Below, one piece after another: positions 41,440 to 53,700 of a stretch of DNA of 64,000 nt; the first letter of the stretch is position 1, and each line of letters begins with the position of its first letter. The stretch is from contig JAYWIR010000013.1 of the NCBI GenBank assembly GCA_036172245.1, forward strand, positions 3,038,001 through 3,102,000. Reading direction: 5' to 3'. The DNA is from Raillietiella orientalis. Its lineage: Eukaryota. A program made the position numbers and the translations under genes. The notes below the pieces were generated by a model that had not been told where the DNA came from, made no database searches, and saw only the letters and a list, made by a program, of their open reading frames with translations.

Positions 41440-41900
41440 TTTTCGGTTTTCTTAAATTCAAGTAGAATTTTTTCAACCTGGATTTCCGAAAGACATCTTG
41501 AGGATCAAAGACTTCTGTGAGTTTTTGCTTCTGCGTACGACTGCCCTTCAAGCGCTGGTGCCCAACCCGGATGGCTCGATGGCCCCACTTCGGATTTTTC
41601 TTTTCTTTTTTCTTCTCTATTCTTCCCGTTCCTCCATCTGCAGTGTCGTGTGCGACTTCCATGAATTTGCTGAGAGTGGGTTGTCGCGCGCGAACTTTGT
41701 GTTGTGCAACTGTACACCACCACCACCATTTCGCGTGGTACTTCCAATGCGCTGCACTCGGCCACTTCGAAAGTGGTAAAGGCTCGGAAGGTCCGAACGG
41801 CGACCCTTCTGGCCGTGGCCCACGCGGGGACGGCGGCGGGAACAGAAAATGGATCCTCCTGCCCGGTGCTGTCTTTCTTTCCCACGTGACTTTGTACCAC
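41440..41900 (+). mobile_element. LINE RT N-terminal fragment
   Basis: VPNPDGS, DFHEFAESG, VRTATLLAV. Confidence 0.45.
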
Positions 41901-43195
41901 AAGTGCGTGAAATCTGCAAGCACCGTCAAAAGGTGGAGATGAAAAATCGCACCAGTCGAATCCTTTTTTCCTCCATTTCTATTTTCATTTTTCCACCAAA
42001 TTTCTACGGCGCTTCCTACACCTAGTGGTGGTTTCGTGTAGAAGTAGATGTCTGCGTGGGATGACTCGTGGGTCGGAGTGCAGAAGGGAAACCACACGTT
42101 GCCTATCGAAAAGGGAGAATGGGCATTTCAGCGGAATTCAAAACACGTCTTCCGTGAAATTCGACGACATCTTCGACGATTTGTTTGTTCGTTCCCTTCG
42201 TTTTCCCGGAATTTAGTTTCGAATATCCAAGCTTTGTTTTCCCTTCTGATTTGGACTGCGGAATTAATGGGAAACTCATTGACCATAGGATTGCAATTTT
42301 GCAAGTGCTAAGTAGATGCACGCTTTGATGTGAATGGTTCAGCGCCGGCGATGGGGTCACCCAGCCATCATCATTTGCAGGAATGAATCGAGTGGATTCG
42401 AGGGATCAGAGGACAAAATCGCGAGTCCCCCAGGTTTTTTTTTTTTTTTTTTCCCTTCCCACTGGGTACCTCGATCAGGATTGCTTATTGGATTACATGG
42501 CACTGACATGCCTGGAAAGCGGATGAGGGTCGTGAGAGGAGTAGGTTGTCCAGCATTTCCACGTAAGCCTTCGGGTTGGTGCATGCTTTCTCATTCGTGT
42601 ACCCCATAAGTTTGCTTGGCAGGGAGGGGTCGCGCTTTATTTTGCAAATGTGAAGAATTTGCAACACGGTTGCCAAGACGATGATGAAGCCCAGGATCCT
42701 TCTCGTCAGTGGGACGTGAGCGGAGACGAAAGAGCGAGTTCTCGGTCATTAATGGGTATTCCGCAAGACGCAGGTTGATGCCACTTGTGGAAGGCCGTCT
42801 GCAAGGTAACGTACATCCCAGGACTGTATAAACACCGAGAATTCATCATATAACCGCTGCATGCCAATTTCATCTTCGTCTGGTCAGAAAGTGAGCTGCA
42901 CATAATGCAAATCGTTGCACGCATGCAAAGGAAAGTTTCTAAACGTGTTCGGCGTGGATGCCTTTTTTTTTTTTTTTCTTTTCTGTTCGCATTGAGAACA
43001 TCGATTTTTCACATGTGTCTTGAATCGGATAGCCCATTCAAGACGGCTACATCGATCGCACATGGAAGTTGCGGCTTTCTTTGGCAAGTGCGCGTGTTCC
43101 CGCGTCCTTAACCGTTCTGCGTGGATTCTGCTCCCATCGGGAAGATTTCCCTCAACCTCTGAACGTTGTTTCTGCCTTTACACACGAATCGAGTT

Positions 43196-43226
43196 GGTGG
43201 TGGTGGTGGTGGTGGTGGTGGTGGTG
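43196..43226 (+). repeat. (GGT)n microsatellite
   Basis: About 10 tandem GGT units seen directly. Confidence 0.9.
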
Positions 43227-43329
43227 TTGAGGAATGTGAATTTCGCTGGAAGAAGTGAACACCACGCCCGCCCGACGACGGACAGCCTCGGTTCCCCAGG
43301 CGTCCCCAAAGAAGGCAGAATCGAAATTT

Positions 43330-44500
43330 CTCTCTCCCCACGTCGTTAGGATACGCGGTTGCGAATGATTCAGACGAAACACAGAGTGATTTTCGGTTCC
43401 AGCGAAACGATCATGAAGCTGTATCTGACGGATTCGTCCAATGCCCGCTGGGTCTGCGTGGACGACAAGCTCGTTTTGCTGAATACCGCGGAGGGGAAAG
43501 CGGCAGAACATGCCGACCAGTTGGACGATCACCATGCTTTCAGCAGACTGCGTCTGCAGCAGGTAGTCAGTCATCTTCCCAGCATCACCGTCAAACCCCC
43601 GTGTGAAATCCTTCCGCGCATGCGTGTGGGGTGTTGCCCAATCGTACTTGCACGACACGGGTTTGCCACCCGCTCTCTCTCTCTCTCTCTCTCCCCCCGT
43701 TTTGCATTCGGCCTCGGGGCCCCATCGAATCTCACTGTAGGGCAGGAACACTCCTTTTTCAGGCGGTCGTCGTCTCGTTGACGTAAGTACGAACATTGCT
43801 TTCTACAGTCGGGAATTCGTTCGAGCCGTGTCTTAGAGGTTGGCTATTTCCAAAGTACACTTCGCGGATCGTGCAGAGTTCCCGGCAATCTGCGTGAGCT
43901 TCTGAACGCTGCCTGTACCATCTTTGGATCGGGAAGGTGGAGTATGATTTTATTTTAAAGAAATTTTCGTGTGGGTTCCGAGTTTCCTTTTCCACGTGGA
44001 GCTCTTTTCGTGCAATTTCCGCACGTCGGACGTTGCGACGTTTCCGGACTCGATGGCCAGGAGTGTCTTTCCGGGTGACATCGTTGCCATGTGTTCCGGG
44101 GTGTGCAGTGTCAGTGTCTCTAAGGTTACCTCACCTTGGTTTCGACTTGGTACGCATCGGCGGAGCGAGAACGACTGTGTGTGCACTTTTTCGATTTGCA
44201 TGCGAACACGAAAACACTTGCCGGTGGGGGTGCACTTGGCGACTCGTCGCCAGCGCCCGGTCTGCGTTGCCCACAGGTCCGGAGATGAAGACGTGTGTGT
44301 TTAGACGTAGTCGACAGAGCGACCCAAGTGCCACCACTGGGGTTGTTGATTCGTCGATTTCTAGTGGGATGTGCTTCGGAGTTTTCCGGGAACTCGGGAA
44401 CATGGATGCACGCATAGGTCTACGATCTTTCCTTTCAAGATGCCGTTCCCCACCTATCGGATCGAAAACAAAGAAGCATTCCGTAACCGCCGGTGTGTTT
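43330..44500 (-). mobile_element. L1/Tx1-type RT C-terminal and post-RT relic
   Basis: HGNDVT (YADDxT-like), ELHVEK, VRLG, LTVMLGR...LLKAW, FRWNRK. Confidence 0.5.
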
Positions 44501-45059
44501 TCTGCCATTGCCAGTTGGTTCGCGTCTTCTGCACTTTAAAAATTTCCCGATTTAATAACGGGATCGAAGTTTACGTATGTTGACGTGCGCTTTCCGTTTC
44601 CACTTGACCTTGCCTCCATCTTGTACTCGCAGCGCGTCGACGCATGCTTCGACCCCCCTCCCCCCTCCGGAATCGATTGTGGGTGTTTCCTCTTGACTTC
44701 CTAAAAGGTGAACACTCCTCAGAAGGGTCTTGACCTTTTCGTACCCTCCATCGAACGCTGCGTGTTTTCTTGCGAGGCCGAACGAAAGTGGTGCCGAATC
44801 CGTTATCCAACTGCGAATCGAAAATTCCCATCGTCTTCGATGAGAGTCTCTTCGTGAACCGGAAATGAGACTAACGCTTGTGTTTATTTAAATGTTTTTT
44901 TTCTTCTTTTAATAGAAATTGCAAACATGGGCTGTCGTCGACTTTTATGTTATCATTGCGTATTTCGAGTTTTCGTGTGTAAGCACAAAATGGATGCACT
45001 GTTCGCACGTGGTGCCGGATACGATGTGCTTTGAGGTTACGCACTTTGAGGTTGGTTTG

Positions 45060-47000
45060 AACAGCTCTGAGACTATACAGGGCCTCCACAGTTTTGTGCT
45101 GTGGTTTGCAACAGGGCGGATCTCCTCCAATTTAGAGCATCCATAGCAGGAAACTGCAGCAGACCTTTAGGTTGACCCGAGTTCTGGTGACTGCGGTTTT
45201 CCGTCCTGAGATTCCCAAAGCTCCGATGGTTGGATTCCTTGTTCATGAAGGATTGCTTGCCAGACGAATGGAATTGTTCCTTGCTCTTTCCCCCCTTAGC
45301 TGCTGGCACTGGAAATGTGTCGCTCGTGTCTCCTTGACAATTTTTTCCATCCGAGAAAACTCTCCCAAATTCCCATACGATCTCAGCACGCGAAGACCAC
45401 CGGTTTCACCACTGGTGGATGTCAACAGTACTGTGTGTTTAACGAAGACTTTTTGCATTTCCTGGGAAGTGGCAGGGGTGCTTCGTGACAAAGTTCCAGG
45501 TGGACGTAAGATTCAGACGAAGGGACCACCAGCAGCTTCCGGGATCAAATCTAGATTTTCCCCTGTGACCCTCAGATCCCTTTGCTCCGAAGAGGTTTTC
45601 CGGGGGTCACCTCCTATCGATGGCGAGTGCTTACAATTTTAGTAGGTTTACTAACATCTTGGCGTCTCTTTGGAGCACCAGCACTTCATTTTCCGTGTAG
45701 GTTAGGTTGGACTTGTGCAGCACGCAGTGTACAGTGGCGCGAGTCGGTGTATACTGCCTACTGCATGGCAGTCGCCGCGGTGCGAAATATTTATGGAAAG
45801 ATGAGATGTATTTTGGTAGAAGGCACGTATCGCTCCGAAACTCCCTGCAGAGATTCGGCAGCCCTCCCATGGTAGTTGCTGCAAAGGATGGCCGCCCAGG
45901 TGTGCCGACTTCGGTGCTGTCCGTGTTCCGTACGCTCGATCTTAAGTGTCGCCGATCGATCTACAGTGTTCATCCACCGTGCTGTTGTTCGCTGGAGTTT
46001 GCAGATTTCTGCGTTCCTTGCCACCTTCCCATCCATTTGAACCACCATTTCCTGCAGAACTTTGTGAGGGGTGCGCGATTTGCTCTCGGTGTATGGCATC
46101 TTATATGTGGAGCTCTGGTATATGCGGACTTTGAATATTCCCGTCTAGCGTTTCATTTTCTTTTTCCTCCTCCCTCCCCTCCCCCCGGTTCCTTTGCGTT
46201 TATCTTTTCGTGTTCAAAGTTGATTTATTGACCAAGTTTTTGGATCAGTGTGGACGGAAGGAAGCACGTGGGGGACACATTGGGGTTTCAACACGTACCC
46301 TCCTCATCTACAGATGCCGCTTTGTTTTGCAACCCGAGGAGGAGGCTGCTCACCCTCTTGACAGAATTGCGTATTTGTTTGTGTCTGCCCCTTGCTGAAC
46401 TCTGATAGCGGCTGCAAGTGCGACACGCACAATGGACGCATCTTTTTTTATACGTGCCAAACGCAAACTCCGTCCTCTTTCGTTTCCTTTTCTCTCTTTC
46501 TGGAACACTGCGGCGTTCGTAGGACGTAGGACATGGGAAAGAAACGTTCTCCTGAATGTTTCTCGTGTTTCTCTTTAATTATCCTTCTTCCGGCAAGGTG
46601 CTGTAAAGTACCAGAATGGTTTTTTTTTGCCTCCATCCTCACGAAAGTCGTGTATCGAATCCGCAAACAGTGGCGGAAAACGTTTGCAACAACGGTGGAA
46701 CGTCGATTTGTCACCTTTTCGCTGTCGCGGAACTTCCACGGGCAACACCTCTGCCGGTGGCCAACAGCCCACGGCAGCGGTCTCTGCCGAATAGGTTTAA
46801 GTAACGCAGGAAACGACCGGTTCTGAAAAATCGGTAGTGAAGCCTTGCTTTTTCACCCGCCTGAGGAATCGGTCGCGGAAGGTGGTCCTCGTTCTGCTGG
46901 TGCGACCTCGGCGTGGCCGGCGGCGGCAGGGCTTGCAAGCGCAAACATAGGTTTCCGTTTCCGGCAGCGTTTCTGCTGGGGAAGTCTGTGTCTGGTATTC
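45060..47000 (-). mobile_element. L1/Tx1-type ORF2 relic (endonuclease end to RT start)
   Basis: PWKF, RTTARWMNTVDRS, STSGETGGL, DALNWRRSALLQ (NWRPI-LL). Confidence 0.55.
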
Positions 47001-47949
47001 GTTTTTCGTGTTCTGCACAGAGTTGTCGGAGTATCGAAAATAATTTTTTTCTTAAATTTGCAGATTTTCACCATTTCACTCATGTTTGCGTTGTAAGGTT
47101 TTCTTTTCTTGTTTTTTTTTTCTTTTTTTCTTTTTTTTTCCTTCCCCCCCCCCACACACACACACACAAAAAAAAATGCACTAAAGGACGAGCTGTGCAA
47201 GTTTCGTGTGCTCTGAATAGCTTATCGGTCTGAATTGCCACGTGCTCATTAGATTCGTGCTGGGACTCTTGGGATTCAGAAGTCTCCCGCTGCTCGGAAT
47301 TACACCTGTTAATTATTTTATCTATGGCAGGAGGTGACTGTTCATCCTTGCAGTATTCCCATGTAAGACGTTCTCCAAACATAAGTCAGCAGTGGTAATA
47401 CGACGAAATCGAATGGTCCGCAGTTCTCAGCTGTAGGATTCTGGAACTGACCATCCGGGGCTCTCCTGCGTCGACATCCTGTCGAGCTCTGCGCGCTAGC
47501 CGTTGCTGCAGAATTGCTTGGCCTGCTAATTATTTTCATTGGACAGCCTTTTCTAAAATAAATAAGTACATCGTATGAAACGCTAATACGCGAAAGTATC
47601 TTGTAGTCTTCTCGATTCATTTATGTATTTTTCGATAATTTTAATCTTGCGCTATCTTTGAGTGGTAGTTTACGTTAGCGTACTTGATGTAATAGCTTCC
47701 CGAAAGCAACATTTTCCTGCGTGGTTCTTTTTTTTTTTTTTTTTTTCCCGTCTTTCGATCGGGGTTTTGTTGAGTTCATTGCGTGGTCATTACCCACACC
47801 TCTCTATTGCGGTTGCATGCGGAAAATGACAGGGAATGAATAAGCCTCAGCTTGCTGTAAGCAAAGTAACAAACAAAGTAACGAAATCAAAAATGAATCA
47901 TGCTGATTATGTACAACATGTGTGTTGAGAGTTGGGATGCTTACTACGA

Positions 47950-49330
47950 TTCTGAGTAAACAGCATGCAGGCCACATTTTCATTGAAGCAATCCGTTTGG
48001 GGTCAGATGTGTTATTCTCGGAGCGCTGAGGGCATGGTGAAGTCATTTCTGAGCAACGAATCTCCAGCAGTCAAGGGATTGCGCATGACCTCATCCATCA
48101 TCTCATCTCCGGCTTCCTTCCGCTCTTCCTATTTCGATTTTGAGCGTTTCTTGAATCTTACTTCTCGCGAGCTGATGTGTCTTGAGAAAGGCCTCCCAGC
48201 GAGGCCTTTCTCCATCCGCCGGGATCCTCTGGAGGTGGATTCTTCCCTCGTTGAATTTCATGGAACAATTCGGTCTTCGTGCCATTTTCCTTGTTTGCCT
48301 CTTGGTTTCCATATCTCTTGCATTGCTGCTGTTTTGCTCGCCTCTTCTGGTAGCTGTTCGCGCTCAGGAGAGCGGGCGAGAGCATTATGTTAAATGCATT
48401 AAAAGCGAAATCATTGTTCTTCCAGTAGTGACGGATGAATCATTAACCATGATGCCAAGCTGGCGTTTTCGCAGTTGTGCCGAGATCGTGTGATGAACGA
48501 ACCTGCTAGGGTGAAGGAAGCTGCGAACCGCTTCTGAAGCATGTGATGCGATGCCTTGCTGTTGACGAGGACGGTGCCAGCGGGGAAATGTTGGACGCCG
48601 TTTTGTCGGATGAGCGGATTTCTAAATGAAATGATGCTAATGGGAACGAGAAATGGAAAAAGCAAACCGTTTACATTAGCATGACGTGCTTTCGGAACAC
48701 CTACCCGGAAATAAAAGGGGAACTGGCAGGAAGGTTTTAGGTAGGGAAGCATTGATTGCTGGCACATCATCTGTTTGGCACTGAAACGAAAACCACCAAG
48801 TGAAATATGTATTGGCTTTTTTGTAAGTGCGCTCATCAAAGTCCATTCCTGCTGGAGTTGTAAGGATTCGAGACTCTTGGAAACGGTAGACATCGACCAG
48901 GAATGGTGAGGAACATCAGCGTGCTGTAAGGACACACGGCGGCATCGCTTATAAAACGAGAGGGATGCTCCAGATCGGAGCGTACATAAATTGAAATGCA
49001 AAGACGCGATTGCAGTTGCATATCGGCACATCGCGTGATACATCCGGAAGATCGGGAGTTTGCTCTTTTGCGACGAGAAGGTGGGAACGAGCGGCTGCCG
49101 GGACCACTTGCTGGTATTCGACTTGGAGGAAATCGCATTTCGCTCTACTCGTTTTTTGGAACTTTTGGAACGTCTCTTCGAAGAATTACAGTTAGCGAGT
49201 AGCACTGTGTGCCAGGAAGTTATTCATTCTGTGGACGAGAAAGTCACTCCTCAAGATTGGACGTTGGCATCGCTCGCAGGTTGAGTGTCCATTTCGATGA
49301 ATTGCAGAGGTTGGAGCTCATCGTGCTGAC
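47950..49330 (-). mobile_element. L1/Tx1-type endonuclease relic
   Basis: WTLNLRAM (TLN-RG), FFEET (LQET), ISLGGF (GDF), ASHH (SDH), SWLMIHPSLLEE, RIPADGERP. Confidence 0.6.
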
Positions 49331-50784
49331 CACCTGGTCCCCGTCCAGCAGTGCAGTGCCTCTCAGCACATGCTCTGTAAGGGCAAAAAGTTCTCGAAGC
49401 TTCATCAGCTTTGGTCATTATCACTTTGCAAGCTCCGTGCTACTGTTTGGTGGGTAGGCACCAGAAATGTTGCGACCTCCCTGTCAAGAAGACCTCTCCA
49501 GGAAGGTTCGGATTTTGCCGTTCGCCATCGTCGGCTCCTTTTTTTTCTTCTTCTTCTTTTTTCAAACAACTTATTAGGCGCGTATTGGAACGAAACCGCC
49601 GCGAAAATGGGAGAACAGAAACCGCAAGCGGGGAGTACCCACATCATCTTTGCTGTGATGAAGGGGGTATGACCGTGTTCAAACCGAAAACGGAATAGCA
49701 CGACATGCCCCCAACGTTTATGCATTGCGTCTCAGTAAGCTTTCCGGTGAAGGTAGACGGGATAATGGGATAAAAACAGGCAGAGTGCTCTAAGAACCGA
49801 AGTGAGTTGATTTGATTCTTTTTCGGACACTGTTTTGTGTAACATAGCCTAAAGCTGAGTAAGCCGAACGGTCGGTCGTAGTGGAAATCCGATGCGCTGA
49901 GGCAAGTCCTCACAGGATTTTTGAATCTTCGAATCCGTGAAGTGCCCGTTATCGAAAGAAACGGATTTTCGGTCCGGGTGAGACCTCGGTCTGCGTTGCA
50001 AGTGAACCTTGATCGCCATCAGGAACAAAGAGACGCTGTGTTAGTAGCATGTGCTAAACCAGAAGATATTTGGTGTAGAAGTTGGAGAACGCACCTTAAT
50101 CTGTCAGCCCGTGTCGTTGGAAGCAGGGGGGGGGGTGCCTTTGGATTTTGAACAGAATTCTGTTCTTGAGTGCAGAGCTGTCCAAGGAAGCCTTGCAAGG
50201 AAGAGGAATTCACAGATGATTTGAGGAATAAAAACATAGGGTGCATTTCAGCAAAGACTTGCATGGCGTGTAATCTAGTAGATGAGAAACGAATAAGGAA
50301 TAAAGGAAATCACGGCTCCTTTATTCCTTATTCGTTTTTCAGCTTCGGTTTCTCAATCTAAGGAAGCCAGTGATCTTAATTTCACTAGATGGCTATTGAC
50401 CCATGCAGCGGCTGCTATGCATGATTGCTTGTGTTCAGCTTCTACCTGCTTTTGATGCAGCTTGCCAGCGTTGCAGCTGCTTACATGTATCGAAACAGGA
50501 ACCTGTAGTCGCCTCTTCAAAGACCAATCTGTCTGCAGCCGCAGAAATGCCGTTACTTCGTTACTAGGCTGCATTCGTCGGGTGGAGTGCGTTTTCGCGA
50601 CAGTCAAGAAAATCAAGGAAAACCGTGGTTTTTTTTTTTTTTTTTTTTTTTGATTTTCTTGGTGACTTTTGTGAGCTAGGCGCGAATTACCTGCTTGTAT
50701 TTGTTGATTTGCCTTCACAGTATGTGATTTTAGTATCCAGGCGATTCACCGTTTAGCCGTGAACATGAGGAAGGACTAGAACCA

Positions 50785-53700
50785 ATGGACCCTCTAGTCA
50801 GTGATGCTGATTCAGGACTCTCCTTGAAGGTAACGGTCAATCAGTAACGGTCGCCGAAGTGTTTCTGATTCTTTGGGGGTTCCCCTTAGGACCAGAACAA
50901 AATGCTTCAGTGTGAATTGAATAGAGTCCAGGAAGTGCTATCGGCGTGTCGTGCGGAGAAAGACCAAATCCTAATCAAATACAACGATTTGACGAAGCTG
51001 GTAAGATCATACATCTGTTATTATTCCTTGAAAAACCGTGAGGCTCCTCATGAGCTATCGTGACGACCGGAAGCAGCGGAGGTCAGCAAGGGTATCGTGG
51101 AACATGTGCAGGACGCCGTACTGCTGTTACACGTTGCTTCTCTTCGAGTTGGTTTCTGGTGGCCGAGGGAAATTCGGTTTTCGAACAGTGGCAGCAGTCT
51201 CTGTCTGGCCTTCACATCACTGTGGCTTTGCTCATTTTCGCAAATAAAGTCACTCTTGCCGTCAGCTGCAATGATTTGGGGGAGGGACTAGCAGCTGACC
51301 TCTCTCGTACGTGCTTCAAATTTTGCAGCACGGAAACACGAACATGACCTTACCGTAGTATTCACTTCCGCTGTCCTTTCTCTTATGGGAAGGGAGAATC
51401 GGAAAATAGCACTTTCCTTGTACGCAGCTGTCCTTGCACTGCTGGCCCAGTATGCTTGCCCGGCTTGCAGCTTGTTGCGGCCCGTCGTGCCTTTTGGTCA
51501 GCTGGCATCGGCGCCAGTTCACGCAGCCCTCGGAATCGCTGTGCTTCCTTGCCCCTCAACTGCACGTGTTCATGCTGTTTGGTGTCCTACGGTCAGGTGA
51601 TGGTCACTAGGGGGTCACTTTGTCCCTTATCCTTGTGATGACGCGGCTCTCGTTTTGGTGAAGCTTTTGCCGACTGATCACGCTTCTCGCATTGGGCATG
51701 CCGTCCCGAAAAGCCACTCTCCCTCCTACTTCACGTAGCTTCCTTTGTAACGGTTCCTTTTATCATTGATCTCGATTGCGTAAGGGACATCTTTACTTCT
51801 TCTCACCCTGTGGATGTCTTGTCGGATGTTTTTCTTCCTTCGCCTAGCGAGCACCCGGCGGCATTCAGGGATCAGACTCGATCACGAAAAGGTGAACTTG
51901 CATTCTTGGTGGGCCAGTCGGCGTCGATGGAGATTTGGAACACTAAAATAATAGGTTGCCATTTCGTGTTCGCGAGAATCAAGAAATGCTCATGGAAAGA
52001 ATTGTGCACGTGCACGAATGGTATTCAGAAAACATTGTTTTGTGGAGTAAGTGGCCACGACGGAAGAATTGCAGATGTCGTTTGCCGAATTTGCAAATTA
52101 ACGAGGCAATCATCCATCTCCCTTCCGAATGCCTGGTGCTACACTTGTTGTGCTTCCCAATCCGTAACACAATTCTGTGCTCTTTCACCCCATTTGCTGC
52201 TGGCCCGGCAAGCCTCGGCAGCTCATCTAGCTTCCCGTCGAGGCCTTAAAGCACCCATGTGGAATCGCTGTTTCCACGTAGAGGGCTTTCAAAACTCTGA
52301 ATACTTCTGGGTCCAGCAGACTGCTCGGGGGGACGGTTTTTGGGGGCTCGCATTTTTCCTGGGGCTCCCCGTAAGAAGAAACACTCCAGGGTGGGTTTTT
52401 CGGAGAAAACGAGCCTTGCTGACCCAGAGTGGTTCTGACTAATGAGAGAGTTTTCCATAGTTTGACGAGCTGAACGAGCATGCAGATCAGACGGCTTTGC
52501 TAAACGTTCAGAAGTCCATGCTTGATGAATCGGAGAGGTTGGAGGAATTGCGCAAGCCTGCCGAGCTGATCGTGAAACTCCAAGCCAAGGTCAGTGGGAT
52601 GTGCATGGGGACACCCGCGCGCTGCCCTTCCCTGTTATGGGGCCCGGCAATTTCTTAACGTGCATCTCGGTAAAAGGTGCACGACTACCGCGCATGTTTT
52701 CGCGCACGGATGCGTGGTGTGCACCGGTGTGTGGTCCACTGTGATGCCACCCTTTTCCAGCAACCTCGCCACATCCTGCATGCTCCCACGTGTTTTACCA
52801 AGTGCATTTCCGGCGCGCGTGAGACCCTTAAGATAGGAACCCCGGCGATTTTTGACGTTGCTTGCTTCGCGAATCTTTAAGGATTAAATACATGTGCACA
52901 TACTTTACGTACATAGAGGGATCGCAAAAGTATGTTCATCTTTAGGTACTGCAGTGGCGGCAAAGGTGCCAAGAGTCCGAAGCAGTAATTGCGGACAAGC
53001 AGAAAGAGATCGAAAGGCTGCAGGCGCACAGCGACGTGGCAACCGAAGAATTGAAGAAATTGGAAAAGCAGCATGTGGTGGATCTCGAAGCGGCCCTCAC
53101 AGAACTGGAAAAGCAAAAAAACAAGTGAGATTCCGCGTTTCGACGAAATCGCCGCCCCGGTGTCCACTCGAATTTTCTCGGGAGGCGCGAAGTTTGTTCG
53201 TCGAAAGGCATCTAGCGTTTGTGGAAAAGGAGCGACTCCATCAATCTCGTGGTGTCGATTCGTTTCACGTGAAAGCCTTCGTGTTCTGTGGGGGGGACGT
53301 TTTGCCAGTCGACGGATGTCCGAAGGCGAACCACAAGGAGTGCCTGCGAATCTTCCTTTCCCATCGCGAGCGCATCTCGTGCACTCTCTGCGTCTGCGAT
53401 CTTTTTCCCAACCTCTGGAAGGCAGCAGCTCGAACGGGGTACGGGAATAGCCTTCTTCTTCGGAACTGGGGCCTCGTGGGGCGCTCGTCCCGCCGCGGTC
53501 TCAGGCCAGTGGAAGGACGTGGTTGAGGCCCACGTGGATGATGTTCTTCTGGCCTGGCCTGCGCGCGCACGGACGTGGTTCGGGAAATGTACTGAAGATG
53601 AATTTTAAGTTAGTTGCACGCGTTATGATAAACTGCAGAAGCAATACGCGGGAAGTGTTGCGAAGTCGCTTCCTCAGCAGCAAGAAGGTTCTTCTGTGTA

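Noticed and set aside
43350..43562. Clean-looking + strand AG...GT exon of 71 codons
   Set aside because: The minus strand carries L1/Tx1 post-RT motifs, and there are no partner exons.
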